From: a virus
Taxonomy: Duplodnaviria > Caudoviricetes
DNA: 55,321 bases
IMG/VR virus record: IMGVR_UViG_3300025000_000129
Span: 1 to 55,321 of that record
Reading direction: 5' to 3' (one strand)
Shown: piece after piece, positions 27,353-36,171 of the stretch
Layout: each line of letters opens with the position of its first letter
Position numbering within the stretch: the first letter of the stretch is position 1
Made by a program: the position numbers and the translations under genes
Notes under the pieces: model-generated
The model's input: the letters and a program-made list of their open reading frames with translations, nothing else
The model's database searches: none
What the model was told of the DNA's origin: nothing

Positions 27353-27793
27353 TCAGATACTTACTAAAATAAAATCGTGTCCGCAATCGTTGCAATGCCC
27401 ATTCCACCTATCGCCGCACTCTTCCATTTCGCCGTCTTCATTTTCATAAAAATCATCCTCAAGCGTAATGTTTTCGCTTTTACACTTAGGGCACTCAGTA
27501 TCTTTGATTTTAATAGATCGCCATTGTGACGGTGGGTCTGAACTTAATACGCAAGTCTCGCATGCATCACTTCCTGCATTACTGCAGTTACAACATTCCT
27601 TAATGTCAGGTCTATATGTATAGCTGTTCAATTTGTCAAATATCTTGTTATTTATCGCAACAAGCCGTTTGGCATTGTGTATTAAAAAATCCATATTGCC
27701 AGCGAATTTCAAGCCAAACATGTCATATACACATGCCATATCGCAATAATTTTTAGGCTCTTCTAAAATTTTATCGCCTAACACATAAACCAC
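27353..27793 (-). CDS. Hypothetical Cys-rich (Zn-finger) protein
   Basis: Several CxxC pairs. Confidence 0.65.
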   Translation of the reverse strand: MVYVLGDKILEEPKNYCDMACVYDMFGLKFAGNMDFLIHNAKRLVAINNKIFDKLNSYTYRPDIKECCNCSNAGSDACETCVLSSDPPSQWRSIKIKDTECPKCKSENITLEDDFYENEDGEMEECGDRWNGHCNDCGHDFILVSI

Positions 27794-27795
27794 CC

Positions 27796-27960
27796 CTATA
27801 TTTCAATTTCCCTTTGCATAAAAGATTCTATTTCGCCACCGCATATCGGGCATTGTATTTCGCCAACATCAAAATCATCCACATTATCTAAATTTGCATC
27901 TAGTATAATAATGTTTTTGCCGCATCCACATTGGTATATGTCTACCGTTTGCATAATCAT
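27796..27960 (-). CDS. Small Zn-ribbon protein
   Basis: MIMQTV..CGCG...CPICG; AGGGGG RBS. Confidence 0.55.
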   Translation of the reverse strand: MIMQTVDIYQCGCGKNIIILDANLDNVDDFDVGEIQCPICGGEIESFMQREIEI

Positions 27961-28120
27961 TTTAATTCCCCCTTCACTTATTATTTTCGCTTCCACCGTT
28001 TGCAGCACGTTTCCATCGTGCATCGGTGCCCGGCTATGCAATTGTCAAGGATCAGTCTGTCCCTCGAATAGGGACAGGTAATAAGCCCTCCGAAGAGGGT
28101 GAACATTAACGTAAAATTAT

Positions 28121-28783
28121 TTATATTGTGTAAAATCTTGCTTCGCGCGTTCTGTACTTGCCTATTCCACAAGCAACCATTCTGCGCCCGAACATGGTTT
28201 GAGATACCGGAACATGCCCTTCGCATTCACACCAATTCAAGTAATCTTGATAAACCACTGCAGCCTTTATGATGCCGTGCAGCTTTGTGTTTTCGAAGTA
28301 ATTGCCAATGTGGGAATTGATGTTGTTCGGAGCCGGAAGTTCAATATTGATTCCTGCATAGGAGAATATTTCTCTGATTATCGGTAAGCGGCTCCTGTCT
28401 GTTGTGCGTACCATTCTGGCAATTTCCAGCGCCTGGTCCGCTGTGAGGTGTGGCTTGCCATAAGAAGCTCGTTCCATTTCATCAAATTTATTAATGTATG
28501 TAGCGGAAAATAGAACACCCCTCTTGCCCGTCATTTTGTTGGCTACAAGATCGCAGCCTTTGCGGGTTAAGAAGTAGCAGGGTCTTTTTTCTCCCTTACC
28601 ATCAATATAGGTGCTTGGAGCAAAGAAATCGAACGAGCGGAAATCTCCGCCGGTTAAAAATTCCTCGTATTTACGGATGCTTTCAAGCAAGTCCTTATGT
28701 TGCTTGCTTACCATCCCAGCGACTTCCCGGCTCTCGATTGCAAATTGCCCTTTGTGGGTAACTACAGTTAGGCCTTTCATCAT
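28121..28783 (-). CDS. Rha-family phage regulatory/antirepressor protein
   Basis: ESREVA.MV.K.HKDLL.SIR...CY.LTRKGC.LVANKMTG..GVLF.ATYI..F..ME. Confidence 0.9.
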   Translation of the reverse strand: MMKGLTVVTHKGQFAIESREVAGMVSKQHKDLLESIRKYEEFLTGGDFRSFDFFAPSTYIDGKGEKRPCYFLTRKGCDLVANKMTGKRGVLFSATYINKFDEMERASYGKPHLTADQALEIARMVRTTDRSRLPIIREIFSYAGINIELPAPNNINSHIGNYFENTKLHGIIKAAVVYQDYLNWCECEGHVPVSQTMFGRRMVACGIGKYRTREARFYTI

Positions 28784-28845
28784 TAGCTTGTCCTCCTATT
28801 TAGGTAAATAAGATAAATGAACATTTGCGATTCTAGGAGCATGAA

Positions 28846-29199
28846 TTAGGCCGGCTTGGTTACATTTGTAACCACTTCGTCAAAAAAAATGTACTTAAAC
28901 CAATCAGAGATATGTCCCCACCTTGCGGACCATTCCTTTTCCCACTCGCTGCCGAATTTAGATTTAAGATAGCTCTGCTCTGTGGAAATCACAAAACCAA
29001 TAATTGCATAAGCTTCTTCAATATTAAATAAAGCAACTGTGCCGTGGTCGGTAATTTTCCGATTGATTTTTTGATGAACTGTTGGATAACTTTTCCCGGT
29101 GGACTCAGCAATGTTTCCTATTGTAAGACCGTGGCGTTTCATGAAACTGCGAAGATTTGGATAATGAACAGTGTTTAGAAAAGTATCTTGATTGAACAT
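28846..29199 (-). CDS. Cro-like HTH regulator (first lytic gene)
   Basis: YPNLR..M...GLTI..IA...GKSY.TV.QKIN; divergent from the repressor. Confidence 0.7.
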   Translation of the reverse strand: MFNQDTFLNTVHYPNLRSFMKRHGLTIGNIAESTGKSYPTVHQKINRKITDHGTVALFNIEEAYAIIGFVISTEQSYLKSKFGSEWEKEWSARWGHISDWFKYIFFDEVVTNVTKPA

Positions 29200-29329
29200 A
29201 TTAGCACCTCACTTTTTGTATCGTAACTCTCTATGAACTGGTTACGTTTGAGACCATTATAACATACTGGATATCATTGTCAATAGCCTGTCTAAAAAAA
29301 TATTTACAAAATGGTTACAATCGTTTACA
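28857..29329. promoter_or_regulatory. Genetic switch operators TGGTTAC-N4-GTAACCA
   Basis: Perfect palindrome 28857-28874; variants 29239-29256 and 29312-29329 in the divergent promoter region. Confidence 0.65.
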
Positions 29330-29372
29330 ATGTATATATTAAGAAACATGTAGTAATTGGAGGAATAAAACT

Positions 29373-29594
29373 GTGAACATTAAGGGAATTTTTGGGACAA
29401 GGGTTAAAGAGCTAAGAGAAGAAAACGGGTACGGGTTAAGAGAACTTGCGGCAATGCTTGAAATTTCTCATTCTGCACTTATTAACTATGAAAAGGGTGA
29501 AAGAACTGCAGATATTGAAATATGTAAAAAGGTTGCTGATATTTTCCATGTATCCGGTGATTACTTATTGGGGATATCGAACGAAAGAAGGTAA
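29373..29594 (+). CDS. XRE-family (CI-like) repressor, HTH only
   Basis: FG.RVKELREE.G...ELA..L.IS...L.NYE.G.R...VSGDYLLG. Confidence 0.9.
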   Translation: MNIKGIFGTRVKELREENGYGLRELAAMLEISHSALINYEKGERTADIEICKKVADIFHVSGDYLLGISNERR

Positions 29595-29599
29595 ATACT

Positions 29600-30889
29600 A
29601 TGGCAAAATCGAGAAACCCGAAAGGGTTAGGGCATTACTATAAAAAAGATGGGCTGTTCTGCTGGAAGTATGTAAGGGATGGAAAGCCGCTTTACAGATC
29701 ACATAAGACAGAAAAAGGCCTTCAGGCAAAAGTTAAAAAGGTAATCGGCCTTGCTGTCTGCAATGACAAAACGAAAGTATCAAAATATTTTGAAACCTGG
29801 CTCGATGAATTCGTGCAAGCTATGAATAAAAAAGCCACTTATGATCAGTATGGTTTTATATATAAAATTCATATCAAACCCGTAATAGGTGATTATAATA
29901 TGTCTTCTATTACAACCACCGACATCCAAAAAGTAATTCTTGCAATGAATAAAAAAAAGTACGAGAAAAAAGATAAAGATGGTAAAGTAATAGAAACAAA
30001 AATAGGGACCTCCACAAAAACAATGAAGCACGCTAAAACCGTTATGAACGGAGCTTTCACAAGAGCATTTAAAATTGATAAGATCATACCGGAAAACCCC
30101 GTAAAAGACATTCTAATACCGGACAAGCAGCCTAAAAAAAGAAAGACACTGAATACTGATGAACTGGCAAGTTTCCTCACATCATTGCAAGGCTCTCGCT
30201 GGTTGTGGTCCGTAAAATTTGCCCTTGTGACAGGTGTAAGACGCGGAGAACTGCTTGCCTTGAAATGGGCTAATATAGATTGGGATAATAACAGAATAAT
30301 AATAGAAGAATCGGACAGCACATCAGGCCTTGGTGACACCAAAAGCGCAAGGGTTCATTACGTCCCACTGTCTCAATTTGGTAAGGTTTATTTGGACAAG
30401 CAAGTAGCTATGCTTTTAAAGGAAGGCAACAAGGTTACATTTAAAGAAACAGGCGAACAAATGGATCCAAAGGAATTAAAGAAGACGGACCGCTTGATAT
30501 TCCCCAAAGAAACTGGAGAAATGGTCAAACCCAATACCTATTATCATATGATAGTAAGGTATGCCAAAAAATCCGATATAAAGGTTCATCCGCATTGCTT
30601 CAGGCACACGTTTGTATACAATATGAGAAATAAGATGTCGCTGAAAGAGCTACAGGATGCACTAGGCCATGATGAATCTACAACTACATTAGATATATAC
30701 GGCGATATGATCAACGACACAACCGATGCTGTGGCCTCTAAAATCGATATGGTATACACCGGAGTGGAGGTAAATATTGCGAATAGACAAGCTGAAAACT
30801 TAGCAGAAAAAGAGGCTGAAAAAGAAGCAAAAGAACAGGCTGAAGAGTGCAAAATAATTGATATGTTTTCACGCAAAAAAGCAAATTAA
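29600..30889 (+). CDS. int: Phage tyrosine integrase
   Basis: TGVRRGELLAL, K, HCFRHT, LGH...TTLDIY; adjacent to attP. Confidence 0.95.
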   Translation: MAKSRNPKGLGHYYKKDGLFCWKYVRDGKPLYRSHKTEKGLQAKVKKVIGLAVCNDKTKVSKYFETWLDEFVQAMNKKATYDQYGFIYKIHIKPVIGDYNMSSITTTDIQKVILAMNKKKYEKKDKDGKVIETKIGTSTKTMKHAKTVMNGAFTRAFKIDKIIPENPVKDILIPDKQPKKRKTLNTDELASFLTSLQGSRWLWSVKFALVTGVRRGELLALKWANIDWDNNRIIIEESDSTSGLGDTKSARVHYVPLSQFGKVYLDKQVAMLLKEGNKVTFKETGEQMDPKELKKTDRLIFPKETGEMVKPNTYYHMIVRYAKKSDIKVHPHCFRHTFVYNMRNKMSLKELQDALGHDESTTTLDIYGDMINDTTDAVASKIDMVYTGVEVNIANRQAENLAEKEAEKEAKEQAEECKIIDMFSRKKAN

Positions 30890-31024
30890 CACCCACTTAA
30901 AACCTACTTGATAATACTAAAAAGGTCTTTATAAACGGTAATTAGAAAGGATGGTAAAACAGATTCAAAGCTTAGAATTATAACGGTTTCAAGATATTTT
31001 ATAAAGGTAACTTTTGCCGAAGTA

Positions 31025-31075
31025 ACTTGGTTCGGGACCAAGAGGCCGTGGGTTCAAATCCCGCTACTCCGACCA
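31025..31075 (+). other. attP core = 3' two-thirds of tRNA-Pro(CGG)
   Basis: CTTGG-TTCGGGA-CCAAG anticodon arm, GGTTCAAATCC T-arm, ends ACCA; the 5' part is absent. Confidence 0.9.
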
Positions 31076-31077
31076 GT

Positions 31078-31116
31078 AAAATAGCGGGTTTCAAGGAATT
31101 GATTCCCGCTATTTTT
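31078..31116. terminator. Bidirectional intrinsic terminator
   Basis: AAAATAGCGGG...CCCGCTATTTTT. Confidence 0.8.
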
Positions 31117-31137
31117 GTATCAACACCTACTTAAAAC

Positions 31138-31386
31138 CTACTTAACATTCAAAATGCCTATTCCATCAATAAAACCCTGCTTGTATAAAAGAACCTCGCG
31201 ATTTGCAGAGGCTTTAATGATTTCTTGCTCAATTTCATTGTATTCCTTTAGTTGTTGTGGAGTAAAACTTTCCTTTAATTTTTTCTCTAAACGTATAATT
31301 TTATCATTTGCTATCCGGTACATTTCATTGTTTAGTAAAATTTCGTCACATCTTTTGCAAATAGCCTCGTTAATCAGATTGTCCAT
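31138..31386 (-). CDS. Small helical hypothetical protein, predicted SOS-regulated
   Basis: MDNLINE start after AGGAG; ends LYKQGFIDGIGI. Confidence 0.7.
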   Translation of the reverse strand: MDNLINEAICKRCDEILLNNEMYRIANDKIIRLEKKLKESFTPQQLKEYNEIEQEIIKASANREVLLYKQGFIDGIGILNVK

Positions 31387-31416
31387 AACATTTCTCCTTC
31401 TGCTCTTCAATTTCGT

Positions 31417-31430
31417 CGAACACCAGTTCT
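31417..31430. promoter_or_regulatory. LexA (Cheo/SOS) box
   Basis: CGAAC-ACCA-GTTCT matches the Bacillota GAAC-N4-GTTC motif, ~30 bp upstream of the start codon. Confidence 0.7.
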
Positions 31431-31551
31431 ATTTTACATTTAAAGTATACTACTTCACGCTGGTAAATCAAGCCCAAAATTTCCAATCTTGTACTTGACT
31501 TTTCCAACGCACTACATGTTGTGTTCCCATATATTGTATCGCGATAAACCG

Positions 31552-31580
31552 ATTATATCACTGCCGGCAAAATCTGTCAA
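31552..31580 (-). promoter_or_regulatory. Consensus sigma-A promoter
   Basis: TTGACA-17bp-TATAAT with extended TG. Confidence 0.85.
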
Positions 31581-31878
31581 TCCCCAAAACCCTTGATACG
31601 GCTGGGTTATAGTGGTGTAAAGTGGTTGGAAGTGGAGAACCTTCATCATCTGTGGATAATTTAACACCCCTTTTCATTCTACATTTTTAATACACGGTTT
31701 ACAATAATTGTTACCGCATTGTAACTAAAGATGAATATAATGCACTAGGTATAATGTACCATATCTTCCACCACCGTTCATTGTTTACATAATCTTATTA
31801 TACTTATCCTGTAGTGTAATTTCAATCTTAGAATGAGAATTTTGTCCACAAGTCCAAAAACATGTTAAAATTACCCTT

Positions 31879-32103
31879 ATGTTTAAGATACATTTAAGAA
31901 GACTATTGAGTGAAATAGACTGGAACATATCGGAGCTGTATCGTGCCACAGGTGGAGATGATGATGGTGTATGCTATAATACCCTGCTTGCCTATTATCA
32001 TGAGTACATTAAGCGAGTCAATATAAGAGATCTCATTAAAATCTGTGATGCCCTCCATTGTAATCTGGATGAGCTAATTGAGTATAAAGCAAATAAAAAA
32101 TAA
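31879..32103 (+). CDS. Cro/C1-type HTH (HTH_26-like) regulator, probably leaderless
   Basis: L..ICDALHCNLDELIEY; TGnTAAAAT ends 7 nt before ATG; no SD. Confidence 0.8.
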   Translation: MFKIHLRRLLSEIDWNISELYRATGGDDDGVCYNTLLAYYHEYIKRVNIRDLIKICDALHCNLDELIEYKANKK

Positions 32104-32161
32104 TTGTAAAATGTAAAATAATGCTATAATATTGAAGTAAAAGTTGAAAGGTACTGTTATT

Positions 32162-32908
32162 ATGAAAAAATTATTATCCGGTATTCTTATTGGTATGATC
32201 ATCGCTACAGCTTTTGGAGTATTCGCCGCAACTTTAGGAAACGCCTATTTTAATTCTCAGGTAAAATTAATGGTAAATGGCAAGGCAGTCACCACAGATA
32301 TTTTATCAGCTACAATTGCCGGTGAAACCAACGGTAAAAACTATGTATCTGCAAGGGATCTGGCAGAGGCATTGGGTGCAACAGTAACGTGGGACGGAGC
32401 AACTAAAACCGTTAAAGTGGCTTCTGCAACAGATTCTAAACCTACATCTACAGGCTATTCATATTCTAACCCTGCTCCTATGGCCACAATGCAAACTCTT
32501 ACTAAAAAAGACTTATTGCAAACTTATTCAGTAGATACTAAAATCACACAAGTTATAAGGGGCGCAGAAGCGTGGACTATGGTCCAAAATGCTAATATGT
32601 TTAATAGCCCTGCACCCGAAGGATATGAGTATTTACTAACTAAGATATATTTAAAAGTAAATGATATAAATGACGGAGAACAATACAACTTATCCGATTA
32701 CAATTATACTTTAGTTTCTTCTGACGGCAAAGACTACGAACACTCTATGGAAGTTGCTCCAGAGCCTTTACTCTCGGCAAATCTCTACAAGGGTGCATCG
32801 AATGAAGGTTGGGCTATATTTACAGTAAAAACGACAGATTTAAACCCAAAGATAGCGTTTGGCCGAGATTATAACGGGTCAGGTGGACTTTGGTTTAAAG
32901 TTAATTAA
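32162..32908 (+). CDS. Secreted/surface protein: signal peptide, copper-amine-oxidase-N (stalk)-like domain, DUF4352-like Ig domain (moron)
   Basis: MKKLLSGILIG signal; YVSARDLAEALGATVTWDG.TKTV; YS.SNPAP...LYKGASNEGW..F. Confidence 0.75.
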   Translation: MKKLLSGILIGMIIATAFGVFAATLGNAYFNSQVKLMVNGKAVTTDILSATIAGETNGKNYVSARDLAEALGATVTWDGATKTVKVASATDSKPTSTGYSYSNPAPMATMQTLTKKDLLQTYSVDTKITQVIRGAEAWTMVQNANMFNSPAPEGYEYLLTKIYLKVNDINDGEQYNLSDYNYTLVSSDGKDYEHSMEVAPEPLLSANLYKGASNEGWAIFTVKTTDLNPKIAFGRDYNGSGGLWFKVN

Positions 32909-33025
32909 AGGAAAATAGTTGATTTTTGTAAAATTATGTTATATTATGTAATTACTCTATAAACTTGTTTTTATATGACCCGCCCGGTTGTCCGCCGGGT
33001 TATTTTTTTATGATATAATATTCCT

Positions 33026-33235
33026 ATGAGAGTATTTACGATTGAAACAATTGAAGACTGGAATAAGCTATCTGCAAAGCTTCGTGAAAGAGGGTACAAG
33101 CCATGGCAATACCAGTATGGGCATTGGTGTCCTGAAGGGCTACATGTGTGGTTTATGAAGCCGGAGAAGGAGGATATTGAGGTGGTAACACACTCTGAGG
33201 AAGTAAGCAAGGCTATATATAAGTTTGAGCCTTAA
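33026..33235 (+). CDS. Hypothetical protein, probably leaderless
   Basis: ORF track; TGnTATAAT at 33011-33019 directly before ATG. Confidence 0.65.
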   Translation: MRVFTIETIEDWNKLSAKLRERGYKPWQYQYGHWCPEGLHVWFMKPEKEDIEVVTHSEEVSKAIYKFEP

Positions 33236-33299
33236 TAAAAAGCACAAAAAAATAAACCCCTCTTTCGAGGGGCAAGGAGGAAGGCCGGAGGTCAACCTG

Positions 33300-33632
33300 C
33301 TATCGTAAATTCTGAGAGTTATCAACTTTACCGTTATCCAAATAGTCCTTTGCTAATGTATACCATTCCTGTAACTTTTCTCTTATGCTCCTGGGAGAGA
33401 CAAACAGCCTGAGCCATGCCGGGACTAGATCAAAATATAGCTTCTCGAATACCGCTTCAAACTTCTTTTGCCCTTCACCGTCTGCAAATATCCGTTCCGC
33501 TGCGAGCATTAAGGCATAAGCCTGTTCGCGGAGTTTTGTCCACTGCTTAGTGATAACGAGGTAAATGTCATACCCCACAAACAGCATCAACAGCAGTATT
33601 ACTAACCAATTTGCCATAAAAAATTCCTTCAT
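33300..33632 (-). CDS. Holin-like membrane protein (LL-H type)
   Basis: N-terminal TM; AE...G.G.KK; follows endolysin. Confidence 0.65.
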   Translation of the reverse strand: MKEFFMANWLVILLLMLFVGYDIYLVITKQWTKLREQAYALMLAAERIFADGEGQKKFEAVFEKLYFDLVPAWLRLFVSPRSIREKLQEWYTLAKDYLDNGKVDNSQNLR

Positions 33633-33641
33633 TTCTTCACC

Positions 33642-34334
33642 TTATCCTTTCTTTATATAGTCAACCGTTTTACGTATTAACCAATAAATGTCCTTATCTA
33701 CCAATCCCTTTTTAACCCACTTTGCAACATCGACCACGATGCCTTTATTATTTAAGCATTCCACAAGCTCCTGTATGGTCGGCTCTGTTGCAACATATGT
33801 TATGTATGGCAGCTTCCCGTGCTTCACCCACATACGGTTATTCATACTAGGATTCGTGCCGATATTTTGACAGGCGGATACTTGCACCTTGTTGTCCCAT
33901 TTAGGTGTACATTCAATTACCTTACCGACACCGATATATATACCGATATGTCCAGGCATCCAGACAGCTTCCCCGATCTCAATGCCTGCAAAGTTTGTTG
34001 ATACACCAGAGCATTTAGCAATCATACCGTCAGCATTTATGTCAGGAACGCCACTAGATTTATATTTTGCTCCGCCGTATGTCTTAGTCAGATTGCCAGA
34101 CCAACCCCACAAGATACCTTTAATTACATTTACGCAGTCAAATGCAAAATAGCCCTTATCAATCAACTTGCGGAGCTCTGTTTGCTTTGCTGTCGTGTAC
34201 CAGGATGGCAGCTGCTTTGTTTTATTGGCGATCAGCGTTTCTGTCACAGGAGCGCCAAAGCAGCCTAACATGTATACAGTTTTGTAATTGTCAATAATGT
34301 CCTGCAACTTTTCAACCAGTTCTTTATTGGTCAA
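33642..34334 (-). CDS. Endolysin, NlpC/P60-like amidase/peptidase
   Basis: FDCVN.IKGILWGW catalytic Cys; GHIGIYIG.G.VIECT; TTG start with GGAGG RBS. Confidence 0.85.
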   Translation of the reverse strand: MTNKELVEKLQDIIDNYKTVYMLGCFGAPVTETLIANKTKQLPSWYTTAKQTELRKLIDKGYFAFDCVNVIKGILWGWSGNLTKTYGGAKYKSSGVPDINADGMIAKCSGVSTNFAGIEIGEAVWMPGHIGIYIGVGKVIECTPKWDNKVQVSACQNIGTNPSMNNRMWVKHGKLPYITYVATEPTIQELVECLNNKGIVVDVAKWVKKGLVDKDIYWLIRKTVDYIKKG

Positions 34335-34812
34335 TATTCTCCTCCTCCTTTTCCAATGCTTCATTACTTTTCTTCTTCACCCAAAATAATAGTGGTTTTA
34401 GGTAATCAGCTCCGGCATCAATTAAATTTTCAATATTGCTGGCAAACTCTCTAAAAAACAGAAATGAATATACCACTGTAGCTACAATATTGCTGATATA
34501 CGGTATGTCCACAAGCCTCATGGAGAGACCGGCGAGGATTTGGATTACCAGATAGGCTATTATTTTATCCCTTGTCTTTGCGTACATAGCCTGAGAGTTC
34601 CACGCCTTACTAATAAAAGCTTTCCGGATTCCGCCGGATTTCTTGAAAATAACGTACCACCTGGTTAAGCAGTCCAGCACCACTGCAATCCATAAGGCTG
34701 CTGTCCATGCTATAAAGGATTCCTCCGGCAGTATAAGCCATGTGCCGCACGCCCAAATTAAGGCGGTAACCGGCTTGACCGTTTCCAATACCTTGTAAAA
34801 CAGTTCATTCAT
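34324..34812 (-). CDS. Phage holin (holin_4_1 family)
   Basis: Multiple TMs; LD.LT, E..SNIENL..AG. Confidence 0.85.
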   Translation of the reverse strand: MNELFYKVLETVKPVTALIWACGTWLILPEESFIAWTAALWIAVVLDCLTRWYVIFKKSGGIRKAFISKAWNSQAMYAKTRDKIIAYLVIQILAGLSMRLVDIPYISNIVATVVYSFLFFREFASNIENLIDAGADYLKPLLFWVKKKSNEALEKEEENIDQ

Positions 34813-34890
34813 CTTGCACCTCCCGTATTTTTATTGTAAAATTATGTGACCTTCCCTTGATGGCTCCCGCAGCTTGGGGGAAGGTATGAA

Positions 34891-34924
34891 AAAGCCCCGT
34901 TGGATTACAGTCCTTAGGGGCTTT
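34891..34924. terminator. Terminator after the recombinase gene
   Basis: AAAGCCCC...GGGGCTTT. Confidence 0.65.
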
Positions 34925-34929
34925 AGGAT

Positions 34930-35919
34930 TTATGCTATGTTTTTCCTATGAATCATTTGTATATCTTCCTTATCCATTTGTGCGTAAATTTGAGTCGTTA
35001 CTGGGCTTTCATGGCCGAGCAACCTTTGCACCGCTGCCAGGCTTGCACCATTTCTAAGTAGGTTCGTTGCCATGGTATGCCTTAAAATATGAGGGTGAAT
35101 GTTCTTGGAGATACCGGCCCTGACGCCCAATTCTTTTATGATATCCTCAAAAGATTTTCCGCTTAGCCGATTATGTGGAAGCTTGCTGGCCACAAATAAC
35201 CCAGAGTTTGAATCGGTTCTCGTCTGAAGATAGTTTTTGAGAAATAGAATGGCTCTCGCACTGATATAAACCTCTCTTTCCTTGCTACCTTTTCCGATCA
35301 CAACACATGACTTATTTATCCAGTTGATATCATCACGATTCAATTTGTGCACCTCATCCAAACGGCAACCAGTAGAGTAAAAGAATTCAATGATAGCTTT
35401 TTCTCTTTCTGTTTTGCATGCATAGCGCAATAGCTCCAACTCTTCATCGGTGAGGGCTTTTCTCAAACTTTTCTTTACCTTTGTAGATTTGATATTCCAC
35501 ATTGGATTCTTCGGGATATAATCTTGGCCTGTCATCCACGAAAAGAACGATTTCAAAGTAGTAACAACCGTTGAAAGTGTGCTGTTCTGAATACCGGTTT
35601 GAGAATAATGCGCTAGGTACATCCGGATATCAATATCTGTTATCGCATCAACGTCCTTGCAAACAATCGTTGAAAACCTATTCAGTATGAGGAAATAGTT
35701 TTTGATTGTTTTTGGTGACATGCCGTCTATCCTTCTGGCGGCCAGATATAATCCAACTCTACTTGGTAGATTGTGTCGCAGAGCTAATGCAGTACATTCT
35801 GCTGTAATCGTGCAATGCTGCATTTCCTCTTGCATAATCAGCTGTAGTTTTCTAACTGTTTCCATATCCAGAAAACCTGAAGCCCTGTCCAACACCTTGA
35901 TAATAATTTCTTCTCTCAA
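34930..35919 (-). CDS. XerC/D-like tyrosine recombinase (second recombinase, without an arm-binding domain)
   Basis: SAM-like N-domain (G.S.KTI..Y); TGCRLDEV, GKGSKER, HILRHTMAT, LGH....TTQIY. Confidence 0.95.
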   Translation of the reverse strand: MREEIIIKVLDRASGFLDMETVRKLQLIMQEEMQHCTITAECTALALRHNLPSRVGLYLAARRIDGMSPKTIKNYFLILNRFSTIVCKDVDAITDIDIRMYLAHYSQTGIQNSTLSTVVTTLKSFFSWMTGQDYIPKNPMWNIKSTKVKKSLRKALTDEELELLRYACKTEREKAIIEFFYSTGCRLDEVHKLNRDDINWINKSCVVIGKGSKEREVYISARAILFLKNYLQTRTDSNSGLFVASKLPHNRLSGKSFEDIIKELGVRAGISKNIHPHILRHTMATNLLRNGASLAAVQRLLGHESPVTTQIYAQMDKEDIQMIHRKNIA

Positions 35920-35934
35920 TTAAAACGCCTCCTA

Positions 35935-36039
35935 TTGATACACAGGAGGCATAATGTTATAATGTTTATGCAAAGCACTTACCCCCCTGTGTAGGGGTCT
36001 GTGTGAAGGAGTTTCCGGTTGGCGCCGGGGGCTCCTTTT
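35935..36039 (+). ncRNA. Antisense sRNA (~70 nt, ~35970-36039) to the recombinase leader, with promoter and terminator
   Basis: TTGATA(35935)-17bp-TATAAT(35958) with extended TG; hairpin ACCCC..GGGGT; terminator AAGGAG..CCGG-TTGGCG-CCGG..CTCCTTTT. Confidence 0.7.
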
Positions 36040-36147
36040 GCTATATATAGATTTATAGCGGTAGACCTTACAAATATTGTATAGTATTCATGGGTCTATA
36101 GCTATAAGACGCATGGACTATTTGCATAGGACTTAGGGCCTAGTTAC

Positions 36148-36171
36148 GTTAACATTTTATCCTATTGCGAA
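36148..36171 (-). repeat. Putative recombinase site, 3' class: TTCGCAAT-AGGATAAA-ATGTTAAC
   Basis: Immediately after the TAA of 36172..37461; the 13-mer TATTGCGAATTAA is identical to 3507-3519. Confidence 0.7.

Larger units (their letters stand above)
30888..31145 (+). repeat. Integrase arm-type sites: 24-bp direct repeat AACACC(C/T)ACTTAAAACCTACTT(G/A)A
   Basis: Copies at 30888-30911 and 31122-31145, each with two tandem ACC(C/T)ACTT units, flanking the att core. Confidence 0.75.

Noticed and set aside
27973-28132. Arm-like words TAAGTGAA and TACACAAT near the Rha gene
   Set aside because: No partner arm at the right spacing and no paired site; compatible with chance in AT-rich DNA
31025-31075. 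Functional phage tRNA-Pro gene
   Set aside because: The 5' acceptor strand and D-arm are missing; it is the attP core
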